DNA of 26,649 nt, from the IMG/VR virus record IMGVR_UViG_3300025635_000135, positions 1-26,649 of that record; one strand, 5' to 3'. The position numbers and the translations under genes were made by a program. Shown here piece after piece: positions 1-7,346 of this stretch. Numbering within the stretch: position 1 is the stretch's first letter; each line of letters starts with the position of its first letter. This DNA comes from a virus (taxonomy: Duplodnaviria > Caudoviricetes). The notes below the pieces were generated by a model, which made no database searches, was not told where the DNA came from, and was given only the letters and a program-made list of their open reading frames with translations.

Positions 1-721
1 GACCCTTAAAGGTTTGGCAACTGGTTTCAATACTTACATTCTACACCTCGCACCTGCAAACCTTTCAGGTTTCGAGACTTGTCCAAAACGCACCGAAGGT
101 TGTACTGCCGCTTGCTTGAATACATCAGGTCGTGGTGGTATGTTCAAAAAAGGTGAGACAACTAATACCATTCAAAAAGCACGAATTCGTAAAACCCGCA
201 TGTTCTTTGAGGACCGTGTTTCCTTTATGAATTTGTTGGTCAAAGATATTGAGTTAGCAATTAAACAATCTGCTAAACTTAACTTAACTCCTGTGTTCCG
301 TTTGAACGGTACCTCCGATATTGCTTTTGAAAAATACGAGGTTCTCCGTAACGGTCAATCATATTCCAATATTTTCTTTGCTTTTCCTGAAGTGACTTTT
401 TATGATTACACCAAAATCCTTGGTCGTAAAATAAATTTCATTCCAAACTATTCGTTGACATTCTCTGCTGCTGACGGTAATGACGCTGACGTAAAAAAGG
501 CAATTGCACAAGGTTACAATATTGCTACAGTTTTCGGTCTAAAGAAAACAGAAGCGATGCCTGCTGAGTACATGGGTTTGCCTGTATTCAACGGTGACGA
601 ATCCGACTTGCGTTTCCTTGATCCTAAAGGTGTTGTTGTTGGTTTGTATGCAAAAGGTCGTGCGAAAAAAGACACCTCAGGTTTCGTTAAATTCCCTACA
701 ATTATGTTGAAGGCAGCTTAA
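1..721 (+). CDS. GP88-like phage protein with three-Cys motif (possible Fe-S/radical-SAM-like), 5'-truncated
   Basis: The frame is open back to position 2 (TLKGLATGFNTY...), so the TTG at 14 is probably not the start. Motifs CPKRTEGCTAACL, FRLNGTSD, FYDYTK and GDESDLRFLDP resemble GP88-like phage proteins. Confidence 0.65.
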   Translation, partial: TLKGLATGFNTYILHLAPANLSGFETCPKRTEGCTAACLNTSGRGGMFKKGETTNTIQKARIRKTRMFFEDRVSFMNLLVKDIELAIKQSAKLNLTPVFRLNGTSDIAFEKYEVLRNGQSYSNIFFAFPEVTFYDYTKILGRKINFIPNYSLTFSAADGNDADVKKAIAQGYNIATVFGLKKTEAMPAEYMGLPVFNGDESDLRFLDPKGVVVGLYAKGRAKKDTSGFVKFPTIMLKAA

Positions 722-939
722 TGAATACTTTGAATTTGTTGGATTTTAAATCACCTCCTGGGTTTGCTTCTATATTCAAGCATATTCCAATGGAGAAATA
801 TACACCCGAAACAAAAAAACTAATTCGAAAAGTTGTTGGTCGTAAGGTGTATTTTAAATTCCGTGGTCCTCGTTACCGCAAGTACCACTGTCTTAAACAA
901 GATGCGGTAAAGTTTGATGTTTACCCAAGGAACTATTGA
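721..939 (+). CDS. hypothetical basic protein (72 aa)
   Basis: ATG overlaps the upstream TAA; same strand as its neighbours. Confidence 0.7.
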   Translation: MNTLNLLDFKSPPGFASIFKHIPMEKYTPETKKLIRKVVGRKVYFKFRGPRYRKYHCLKQDAVKFDVYPRNY

Positions 940-956
940 TTGTTACCAATAATACC

Positions 957-985
957 TTGACAAATAACCTGAAGTATGTTACATT
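957..985 (+). promoter_or_regulatory. sigma70-type early promoter
   Basis: TTGACA (957-962), 17 nt spacer, TACATT (980-985) with extended -10 TG at 977-978; GGAG SD before ATG 1018. Confidence 0.7.
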
Positions 986-1017
986 ATAATCTCACTAACT
1001 GAATGGAGTTTTAAATT

Positions 1018-1449
1018 ATGGCTTATGTTAAACGTGATCCTTCCTGGGAAACTAAACGCAAAGATGCTCGCCGTCACGAACTTATTTTGCAGGTTCTGGT
1101 TAACGGTGGTATCGTAACTAAAGAAGAAATTGAGCAGACCACACAATACGAAGCAATGTATCGATTGTCTGCCGTTATGTGGTGGTTAAAACGTCACGGT
1201 GCTGTTATCCGTGTACACAAAGATGGTCGTAAGGTTGTTGGTTACGAGTTGATGAATGTTGCAGATATGACTAAGGCACTTGCTGCACGTGGTCTCGCAG
1301 CAATACCAATCAAAGGTAAGACCAAAACCAAAGCAGTTGCAAAATCTAAGCCTGTTGTTTCAATGAAAGAGTTGAAAGCAGAGGCTACTGAAATTACAGC
1401 TCCTGTTGTTCAACCCGAAGTTTCTGAAGTGACAGAAATTACCGAATGA
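1018..1449 (+). CDS. putative winged-helix DNA-binding protein with Lys-rich then acidic tail
   Basis: ILQVLVNGGIVTKEEIE...YRLSAVMWWLKRHGAVIRVHKDGRKVVGYEL fits a helix-turn-helix plus beta-wing pattern; has SD and promoter. Confidence 0.55.
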   Translation: MAYVKRDPSWETKRKDARRHELILQVLVNGGIVTKEEIEQTTQYEAMYRLSAVMWWLKRHGAVIRVHKDGRKVVGYELMNVADMTKALAARGLAAIPIKGKTKTKAVAKSKPVVSMKELKAEATEITAPVVQPEVSEVTEITE

Positions 1450-2162
1450 AATATCTCTTGCCATTAACGGCTTTCATACTTTCTAGTGCCCATGCAACAA
1501 CGGGTACTGGAGAGTATTTTTATGGACCAGACACATCCGAAAATATTGCTTGTCAAGTTGCGGAAGACTTTGCAAGGGATGATGTTATTCGTAATTTTCT
1601 TGGCGAATCTTTAGAATCGAATACGGTTGAACAATGTTTCAATGAGGAATGTTTTCTTTTGAAAGAAACCAGTAATTCAACTTTTGGTATAATCAAGAAG
1701 GTCAATAAAAAAGAAATTACAAAAACAGTTGAGGCAGGTAAACTTGTTTGTTCCGTTACAATCGATGCGGATGTCGAAAAGATTCAAAATGATATAGCCT
1801 TTCACATTCGAAACGACAATCTTGTTTTAAAAGTAGGAACAGAAATAAAGTTTTACGGTATCTCAAATAAGAAAGGTAACTTGTACATTTTCAATTCGTA
1901 TATGAAGAAATATCACAAGTTATATCAGACTAAAATTAATGAAGTTGATACAGAGTTTACGGTACCCAAATCAAATGAGGTAATAGTTGCAAAATTACCT
2001 GATGGTGTAAAGATATCGAAAGAAAAGTTGGTATTCTTGTTTACGGAACTTGACATACAACCGAAATCTGTGTATACTGATTATGAAATGCAGAAAATGT
2101 TAGAAGGTATACCAATTACTAAACGGCGTACCGTTAATCGTTTAACTCAAATCGTGAGGTGA
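1446..2162 (+). CDS. exported protein (signal peptide; FlgT-N/LPP20-like N-domain, beta-rich C-domain)
   Basis: MKYLLPLTAFILSSAHA signal peptide with AxA cleavage site; four Cys in the N-domain; ATGA overlap with the upstream gene. The fold assignment is tentative. Confidence 0.6.
   Translation: MKYLLPLTAFILSSAHATTGTGEYFYGPDTSENIACQVAEDFARDDVIRNFLGESLESNTVEQCFNEECFLLKETSNSTFGIIKKVNKKEITKTVEAGKLVCSVTIDADVEKIQNDIAFHIRNDNLVLKVGTEIKFYGISNKKGNLYIFNSYMKKYHKLYQTKINEVDTEFTVPKSNEVIVAKLPDGVKISKEKLVFLFTELDIQPKSVYTDYEMQKMLEGIPITKRRTVNRLTQIVR
2050..2078 (+). promoter_or_regulatory. sigma70-type promoter inside the 1446-2162 gene
   Basis: TTGACA (2050-2055), 17 nt, TATACT (2073-2078). Confidence 0.7.
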
Positions 2163-2290
2163 TGATGAAATATATTATGTTAATATTATGTACCCTTATT
2201 ACAGCATGTGGTACAGTTGGTGGTGCAATGCAAGGCGCTAGTGAGGACCTTAACAAGGCCGGTGGTTATATTCGTGAAGCGGGAAAATAA
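2162..2290 (+). CDS. entericidin EcnA/B-like small lipoprotein (42 aa; not in ORF track)
   Basis: Translated by hand: MMKYIMLILCTLITACGTVGGAMQGASEDLNKAGGYIREAGK*. Lipobox ITAC followed by a GTV-G-G-DL-KAG amphipathic helix. TGATG coupling upstream, abuts ATG 2291, GAGG SD at 2156-2159. Confidence 0.75.
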   Translation: MMKYIMLILCTLITACGTVGGAMQGASEDLNKAGGYIREAGK

Positions 2291-2890
2291 ATGAAAAAAT
2301 TAATATTGATTCCAATCGTGCTTGCAATGACAGCATGTAGTTCCATCAAGTATTCTACAGGTCTAGAAGTTAAAGCACCTGAGTTTGGTGGTGGTGAACA
2401 ACAAGCCGAAGTGAAATATCCAGAGTGGTTTACTGAGAAACCTCAGAAAGGTGATGATGCTCTTTATGGTGTATCTTCGGAATACTCTAAAGACTTTCAG
2501 TTCGCTGTTGACAAAGCAATGCTTTCTGCAAAACGTGAATTGGCATCCAACTTTTCGTCACACATTGAATCGATGATGAAAGATTATGTTTCCGAAATTG
2601 GTGAGGCAGATCAATCTACCATTCAAGAAATTAATCGTACAACTAAGTTGGTTGTAAGTCGTGTGAATCTAATCGGTGTGCAACGTACTGGTTATAAAGT
2701 AGTGCATGAGAAAGATGGTTATCGTGCATTTATCAAACTCCGTTATGCTGCTGACCAATCTAACAAACTATTGGTATCTGAAATCAGAAAGAATAGGAAA
2801 CTAAATGCTAAACTTGAATCGTCAAAAGCTTTCCGAGAGTTGGAACAAAGTATTGATTCTATCAACGAATCTAAGCAACCTAACAACTAA
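2291..2890 (+). CDS. LPP20-family lipoprotein
   Basis: Lipobox MKKLILIPIVLAMTA-C; YPEWF...LYGVSSEYSKDFQFAVDKAMLSAKRELA is LPP20-like. Confidence 0.7.
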   Translation: MKKLILIPIVLAMTACSSIKYSTGLEVKAPEFGGGEQQAEVKYPEWFTEKPQKGDDALYGVSSEYSKDFQFAVDKAMLSAKRELASNFSSHIESMMKDYVSEIGEADQSTIQEINRTTKLVVSRVNLIGVQRTGYKVVHEKDGYRAFIKLRYAADQSNKLLVSEIRKNRKLNAKLESSKAFRELEQSIDSINESKQPNN

Positions 2891-3041
2891 GTTCATACAG
2901 GATATATCTGCAAAAGATAAATGGTTCTGGTATAAACTGTGGTTGATAATTATGGTGGTTGCTCTTGGTGCAGGTGCTAAAGGTTTGTTCCAAATGATTG
3001 GCTTATTTTATGTGATGTATCATGTTACGAAACTTTCTTAA
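2805..3041 (+). CDS. small membrane protein (start uncertain)
   Basis: Hydrophobic C-terminal half (WFWYKLWLIIMVVALGAGAKGLFQMIGLFYVMY) fills the gap between genes; the 86-nt 5' overlap is doubtful. Confidence 0.5.
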   Translation: MLNLNRQKLSESWNKVLILSTNLSNLTTKFIQDISAKDKWFWYKLWLIIMVVALGAGAKGLFQMIGLFYVMYHVTKLS

Positions 3042-3210
3042 ATATTGTAAGTACAGCGGATTGTCAATTACAATCCTCTGTAACTTTTTTCATTGGGGTA
3101 TAATCCCTCGATACTATACAGTTAAGGATGAATGGGATACGTATAAAACGCATCGGTTCTCTTTTCTGTTTATTGGTATTTCTTTTTGGATTGACAACGG
3201 AGATTGGTAA
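3022..3210 (+). CDS. hypothetical protein (62 aa)
   Basis: Tightly packed + strand ORF, aromatic-rich, ends WIDNGDW. Confidence 0.6.
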   Translation: MLRNFLKYCKYSGLSITILCNFFHWGIIPRYYTVKDEWDTYKTHRFSFLFIGISFWIDNGDW

Positions 3211-3518
3211 TGAAATATTATGATGAAATGATGGCGTTAGAATCTAAATTGATCGAAATGGAAACTGCACTTGCAGGATTCCGTGGTTTTGTTAATGGTG
3301 CCGTTCAATTAGATCAGGAATGTTTGCAAAATGCGCTTTACTTTTTTGATGAATCCCTGCATAATATACATGATGCTTGCAATTCTACATGGACTGAATT
3401 GTGGTCAGCAATAGGAACCGATGTTACCCCAACTTTGAAACCAGTTCTCCCAGGAGGCGGCGGGGGTGCCGGTGGTTTGGAAAAGAAACGGAAAGTTACA
3501 GATAAAACTTTAGACTAA
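3210..3518 (+). CDS. hypothetical helical protein with Gly-rich tail
   Basis: ATG 3210 follows GGAG (3199-3202) and overlaps the upstream TAA; the track used TTG 3204. Confidence 0.65.
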   Translation: MKYYDEMMALESKLIEMETALAGFRGFVNGAVQLDQECLQNALYFFDESLHNIHDACNSTWTELWSAIGTDVTPTLKPVLPGGGGGAGGLEKKRKVTDKTLD

Positions 3519-4087
3519 TGAATATTTTTTACCTAGACCATGATGTTAGAAAATGTGCAGAGATGCATAACGATAAACATTGCGTGAAAATGATACTTGA
3601 ATATGCTCAACTTCTCTCTACTGCTCATCGTATTCTTGATGGTGTTCTTTCTACTGGTGTCAGTCCATCTGGTAGGAAAAAAACTGTATATGTGCTTGCC
3701 GATCAGCGTGATACCATTCTTTACTCTGCTACTCACGTTAATCATCCGTCTGCTGTATGGGTAAGACAGTCAGATAAGAACTATGATTGGTTATTTGCTT
3801 TGTTTCAAGCATTGATGGACGAATATACGCATCGATATGGTAAAATCCATGCATGCTCGAGATTAGAAATTGGACTTGCAAGAATACCTAACAATATTCC
3901 GCAAGCACCATTTACAGAACCAACACCTGCGATGCCTGATATTTGCAAAGTGAAAAATGATTCGATTTCTTCATATCGAAACTACTATATAATGAATAAG
4001 ACGCATCTAGCAAACTGGAAAAAACGTCCTATCCCTGAATGGTACAATGACAATACTACGAGAATCTACCAACCTCAAACATCGTGA
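3518..4087 (+). CDS. pyrimidine-dimer DNA glycosylase (DenV/Pyr_excise-like family)
   Basis: MNIFYLD...DKHCVKMILEYAQLLSTAH, THVNHPSAVWVR, EYTHRYGKIH, PAMPD...YRNYY are signature blocks of this phage family. Confidence 0.75.
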   Translation: MNIFYLDHDVRKCAEMHNDKHCVKMILEYAQLLSTAHRILDGVLSTGVSPSGRKKTVYVLADQRDTILYSATHVNHPSAVWVRQSDKNYDWLFALFQALMDEYTHRYGKIHACSRLEIGLARIPNNIPQAPFTEPTPAMPDICKVKNDSISSYRNYYIMNKTHLANWKKRPIPEWYNDNTTRIYQPQTS

Positions 4088-4589
4088 AGTAGAGCAAACT
4101 AAATTTGTTCAATATCTTTTGAGTGGAAACATAACTAAGAAAGATTACGTTTCCTTCCTTTTTGAATTTCGCACAATCTATGAAGTTATAGAGCGTTTGA
4201 ATCAAAAGCATGGATACCTTAAAGGACTTGAAGGAATTGAACGTGCTGAATCAATACATGATGACTTGTTTGAACTAAATGATAGTTATTTCAGACCATT
4301 ACTTTCTTCATCAGTAAAATATCTACATCATCTAAACGAATTATCAAAAAATAAATCAAAGAGACATTTATTATTTGCCCACGTATATGTTCGACACATG
4401 GGAGACCTTTATGGAGGAAAATTAATTGCTCGCCTTGTTCCTGGTTCTGGTCGCATGTATCAGTTTGATGATCGTCCTAGACTAATCAAAGCATTTAATG
4501 AGAAACTTACAATGGATTTAGCTGATGAAGCGAATCTAGCATTTGATTATTACATATCAATATTTGACGAACTATATGCCAACCTATAA
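4047..4589 (+). CDS. hemO: heme oxygenase (auxiliary metabolic gene)
   Basis: LRESTNLKHREVE contains the proximal His; AHVYVRHMGDLYGG is the distal helix motif (GDLSGG-like); EANLAF near the C-terminus. Confidence 0.88.
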   Translation: MTILRESTNLKHREVEQTKFVQYLLSGNITKKDYVSFLFEFRTIYEVIERLNQKHGYLKGLEGIERAESIHDDLFELNDSYFRPLLSSSVKYLHHLNELSKNKSKRHLLFAHVYVRHMGDLYGGKLIARLVPGSGRMYQFDDRPRLIKAFNEKLTMDLADEANLAFDYYISIFDELYANL

Positions 4590-4881
4590 TTTCTATGATT
4601 CTGAATTAGATGAAGAATTCGAAATGTTCATGAAGATAGCTGAACGTGAAGAATTCCTAAAAGAGAATCCACATATCAAACCGGTTGTATCAGCACCAGT
4701 ATTAATTTCTGGTACAACTGTCATCAACAAAGTTCCCGAAGGTTTTAAAGAAGTTCTATCTAGGGTTGCCGAAGCGCATCCAGAAAGTGCCGTCGGTGAT
4801 CGTTACGGAAGAAAATCAATTAAGAATGTAAGAACAAAAAATATCGTTAATCGCCATTACGAGAAATATAAAAAGAATTGA
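4576..4881 (+). CDS. FmdB-like small phage protein (Cys-less)
   Basis: MPTYNFYD...EEFLKENPHI...GFKEVLSRVAEAHP; commonly precedes phoH in T4-like phages. ATG 4576 preferred over the track's 4543. Confidence 0.65.
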   Translation: MPTYNFYDSELDEEFEMFMKIAEREEFLKENPHIKPVVSAPVLISGTTVINKVPEGFKEVLSRVAEAHPESAVGDRYGRKSIKNVRTKNIVNRHYEKYKKN

Positions 4882-4927
4882 GTAGTATTATATAATGCTA
4901 ACCTGCTGTTGTATATAAGGAGCATTT

Positions 4928-5686
4928 ATGGCACGTAAAGTCGCACTAAAACAGGTTTACAGTAGTGATGAAGTGTTGGATACTTCAAAATCAACTAATC
5001 GTTTAAGACTAAGATTAGATGACATGAAAACATTCCAACCACTAACTGAAAATCAAAACAAATTTTTTCAAGCATACAAACAAGGAGATTACTTTATAGC
5101 ATTACACGGTGTTGCAGGAACAGGAAAGACTTTCTCGGCACTATACAAAGCAATTGAAGAAGTATTAGATAAGAGTAATACGTTTGAAAAAATTATTGTA
5201 GTGCGCTCTGCCGTTCAATCTAGGGAAATAGGACATCTCCCTGGAAGTGTAGATGAAAAGATGGAAATCTATCAACAACCATACCGTCAAATATGTGAAA
5301 CACTTTTTGGTCGCAAAGATGCATGGGATAGATTAGAAGAACAAGGTCATATCGAATTTATTTCAACATCGTTTATTCGTGGTATGTCATTCGATGATGC
5401 AATTATCATTGTTGACGAAATGCAGAATATGACCTTTGAAGAAATCGATACAGTCATGACCCGAGTTGGTTATCGCTCAAAGATTATTTGGTGTGGTGAT
5501 TACAGACAGACTGATTTGAACAAGAAGAAAAATGATGTTTCAGGTTTATTGAAATTCTTTGACATTGCATACCACATGGATGCATTTACAAGAATTGAAT
5601 TTACACCAGATGATATCGTCCGTTCAAGTTTAGTCAAAGACTATATTTTAGCAAAATTAAAATTTGAGGATATCTCAGAGACATAA
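4928..5686 (+). CDS. phoH: PhoH-family ATPase
   Basis: PLTENQ, Walker A GVAGTGKT, REIGHLPG, FIRGMSF, IIVDEMQN, CGDYRQTD, DIVRSSLVK. Confidence 0.95.
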   Translation: MARKVALKQVYSSDEVLDTSKSTNRLRLRLDDMKTFQPLTENQNKFFQAYKQGDYFIALHGVAGTGKTFSALYKAIEEVLDKSNTFEKIIVVRSAVQSREIGHLPGSVDEKMEIYQQPYRQICETLFGRKDAWDRLEEQGHIEFISTSFIRGMSFDDAIIIVDEMQNMTFEEIDTVMTRVGYRSKIIWCGDYRQTDLNKKKNDVSGLLKFFDIAYHMDAFTRIEFTPDDIVRSSLVKDYILAKLKFEDISET

Positions 5687-5701
5687 AAGGAGTTTTTTAT
5701 T

Positions 5702-6172
5702 ATGAGTTTAGTATCTTATGCAGAAAGTGAATTGGATCGTATCGGAATGACCGACAATGATGACATGAATGGTATGATGCGAAAGCATTTACTACACATG
5801 GTCAAAGAGTTTTCAGAGGAAGGTCATTCCGGTTTCTCTGCCAGTTATGCGTTACAATGCCTTGAAAAACTATTGAGATTCAAACCATTATCACCATTGA
5901 CTGGCGAAGATGATGAATGGGGAGATGTTTCTGAAGTGAGTGGTGAACCGATGTTTCAAAATAAACGGTGTTCGTCAATTTTTAAGCATGGTAAGGATGG
6001 TGAAGCCTACGATATTGATGGCAAAGTATTTTGGGAATGGTATACTGATAATGAAACTGGTGAGAAACATAAATCTTATTATACAGGTAAGGGAAGCAGA
6101 GTACCTGTAACTTTTCCTTATATTGTACCCGACAATCCCATTTATGAATATCGTGAAAGTGGTGCTGAGTGA
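5702..6172 (+). CDS. conserved hypothetical phage protein
   Basis: Strong SD (AAGGAG); EGHSGFSA...PLSPLTGEDDEW...FQNKRCS...AYDIDG blocks are familiar from phage proteins of unknown function. Confidence 0.75.
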   Translation: MSLVSYAESELDRIGMTDNDDMNGMMRKHLLHMVKEFSEEGHSGFSASYALQCLEKLLRFKPLSPLTGEDDEWGDVSEVSGEPMFQNKRCSSIFKHGKDGEAYDIDGKVFWEWYTDNETGEKHKSYYTGKGSRVPVTFPYIVPDNPIYEYRESGAE

Positions 6173-6852
6173 GAGTATTCAATCATGTACGTGTAGATGG
6201 TTTAGATTATAAACTTGAACAAATCAATGAGGAAACGGGTAGAAGATACAAAACACCGGAAGGAAATCTCTACCCGTCAATCACTACGGTTTTAAGTAAT
6301 TATAATAAACAAGGATTGATGGAATGGCGTGCTAGAGTTGGTGAAGAAGAAGCGAACAGAATATCAAAGAAGGCATCGGATCGTGGAACTAAGGTACATG
6401 ATACGATAGAAAAATATCTATTAAATGATTTGAGTAACATGAAACTCAATTCATTGATGCCTGACATAAAAGAGATGTTCATCAAGATTCGTCCGTACTT
6501 GAATGAACATGTTGGATTAATTTATGGAATAGAACAACCATTATATAGTAACACATTAAAAATTTCTGGCACATGCGATTGTATTGGTGAATGGGATGGT
6601 GTATTATCTATCATCGATTGGAAAACTTCTAATTATCAGAAAGAAGAAAGTTATATCGGTAACTATTTTATGCAAGCATCAGCGTATGCAGAAATGTTTG
6701 AAGAACGAACAGGTATACCAATCAATCAAGTTGTGGTTGCAATAGCGGTAGAGAATGAGAAACCTCAGATATTCATAAAGAAAAAGAATGATTATCTAGA
6801 GGAATTAAAACGGTACATTGATAAATATCACTTGACTAATCAATTAAATTGA
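6169..6852 (+). CDS. PD-(D/E)xK Cas4-like exonuclease
   Basis: YPSITTVL, EWRARVGEEEA, RGTKVH, GTCDCI...IIDWKTS, YFMQASAYAEM. Confidence 0.88.
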   Translation: MRVFNHVRVDGLDYKLEQINEETGRRYKTPEGNLYPSITTVLSNYNKQGLMEWRARVGEEEANRISKKASDRGTKVHDTIEKYLLNDLSNMKLNSLMPDIKEMFIKIRPYLNEHVGLIYGIEQPLYSNTLKISGTCDCIGEWDGVLSIIDWKTSNYQKEESYIGNYFMQASAYAEMFEERTGIPINQVVVAIAVENEKPQIFIKKKNDYLEELKRYIDKYHLTNQLN

Positions 6853-6860
6853 TGTATAAT
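6832..6860 (+). promoter_or_regulatory. sigma70-type promoter
   Basis: TTGACT (6832-6837), 17 nt, TATAAT (6855-6860). Confidence 0.75.
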
Positions 6861-6889
6861 ATAAGTCTAATGTGAAATTGGAGATTATT

Positions 6890-7018
6890 ATGAACGAAGA
6901 AAATAAAGAACGTGATTATAGTAAGATGACCAAGGGCGATTACTATTGGGATAAGTTTATGAGTGTTATGTGGTTAATATTCATTATCTCAATTGTCACC
7001 GGTGGCTTCTATAATTAA
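6890..7018 (+). CDS. small single-pass membrane protein (42 aa; not in ORF track)
   Basis: MNEENKERDYSKMTKGDYYWDKFMSVMWLIFIISIVTGGFYN*; GGAG SD at 6880-6883; directly downstream of a promoter. Confidence 0.65.
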   Translation: MNEENKERDYSKMTKGDYYWDKFMSVMWLIFIISIVTGGFYN

Positions 7019-7020
7019 GG

Positions 7021-7333
7021 AATTGTTGTAATCCCTTCAAAGCGAAGGCATGTTGGACGAGGGTTCGATTCCCTCCATCTCCACCAGAAACATATTTGCA
7101 GATCGTGCCACTCCTTGTGAAAAGGATCGTATTGCAGAACGAAGTGTGTTTCTGATGGGGATGACAAGGCTTCGACAGCGTGAGATAGTAGAGACGGCAA
7201 CACGGTAGGCGATGACCGTTAATCAAGCAAAACTACAAATGCAAATGACGCATTTTATGGTGAGGATCGCTTAGCAGCGTAACTCACTTGGGGTTTAAGA
7301 GGAGTGTACCTTATTACCAAAACACTCCCACCA
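7021..7333 (+). ncRNA. ssrA: circularly permuted (two-piece) tmRNA; tag ANDAFYGEDRLAA
   Basis: Acceptor piece about 7021-7086: T-arm GAGGG-TTCGATT-CCCTC, then CATCTCC-A-CCA. Intervening segment 7087-7156. Coding piece starts GGGGATG at 7157 and pairs with 7076-7082, including G3:U70. Helix 2: CAGCGTG/CATGTTG and GCAACA/TGTTGT. Tag ORF GCA...GCAGCGTAA at 7241-7282. Outer ends are approximate. Confidence 0.93.
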
Positions 7334-7346
7334 AATTCTATACATT

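Noticed and set aside
3191-3221. TTGACA at 3191 (also 10798) as promoters
   Set aside because: No good -10 hexamer at 16-18 nt spacing.
3450-3480. GC-rich patch CCAGGAGGCGGCGGGGGTGCCGGTGG as an insertion scar or regulatory site
   Set aside because: Explained by an in-frame PGGGGGAGG linker; no flanking repeats.
6169-6852. CRISPR-Cas system suggested by the Cas4-like nuclease
   Set aside because: No repeat-spacer array or other cas genes seen; solo Cas4-like exonucleases are common in T4-like phages.
7021-7086. Stand-alone tRNA gene
   Set aside because: Has a T-arm and CCA but no upstream 5' acceptor strand or D-arm; its partner strand lies downstream at 7157, so it is the tmRNA acceptor piece.
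6996-7226. Minus-strand ORFs 6996-7226 and 7015-7203
   Set aside because: Antisense shadows of the tmRNA; WWRWRESNPRP is the typical reverse translation of a T-arm/acceptor end.
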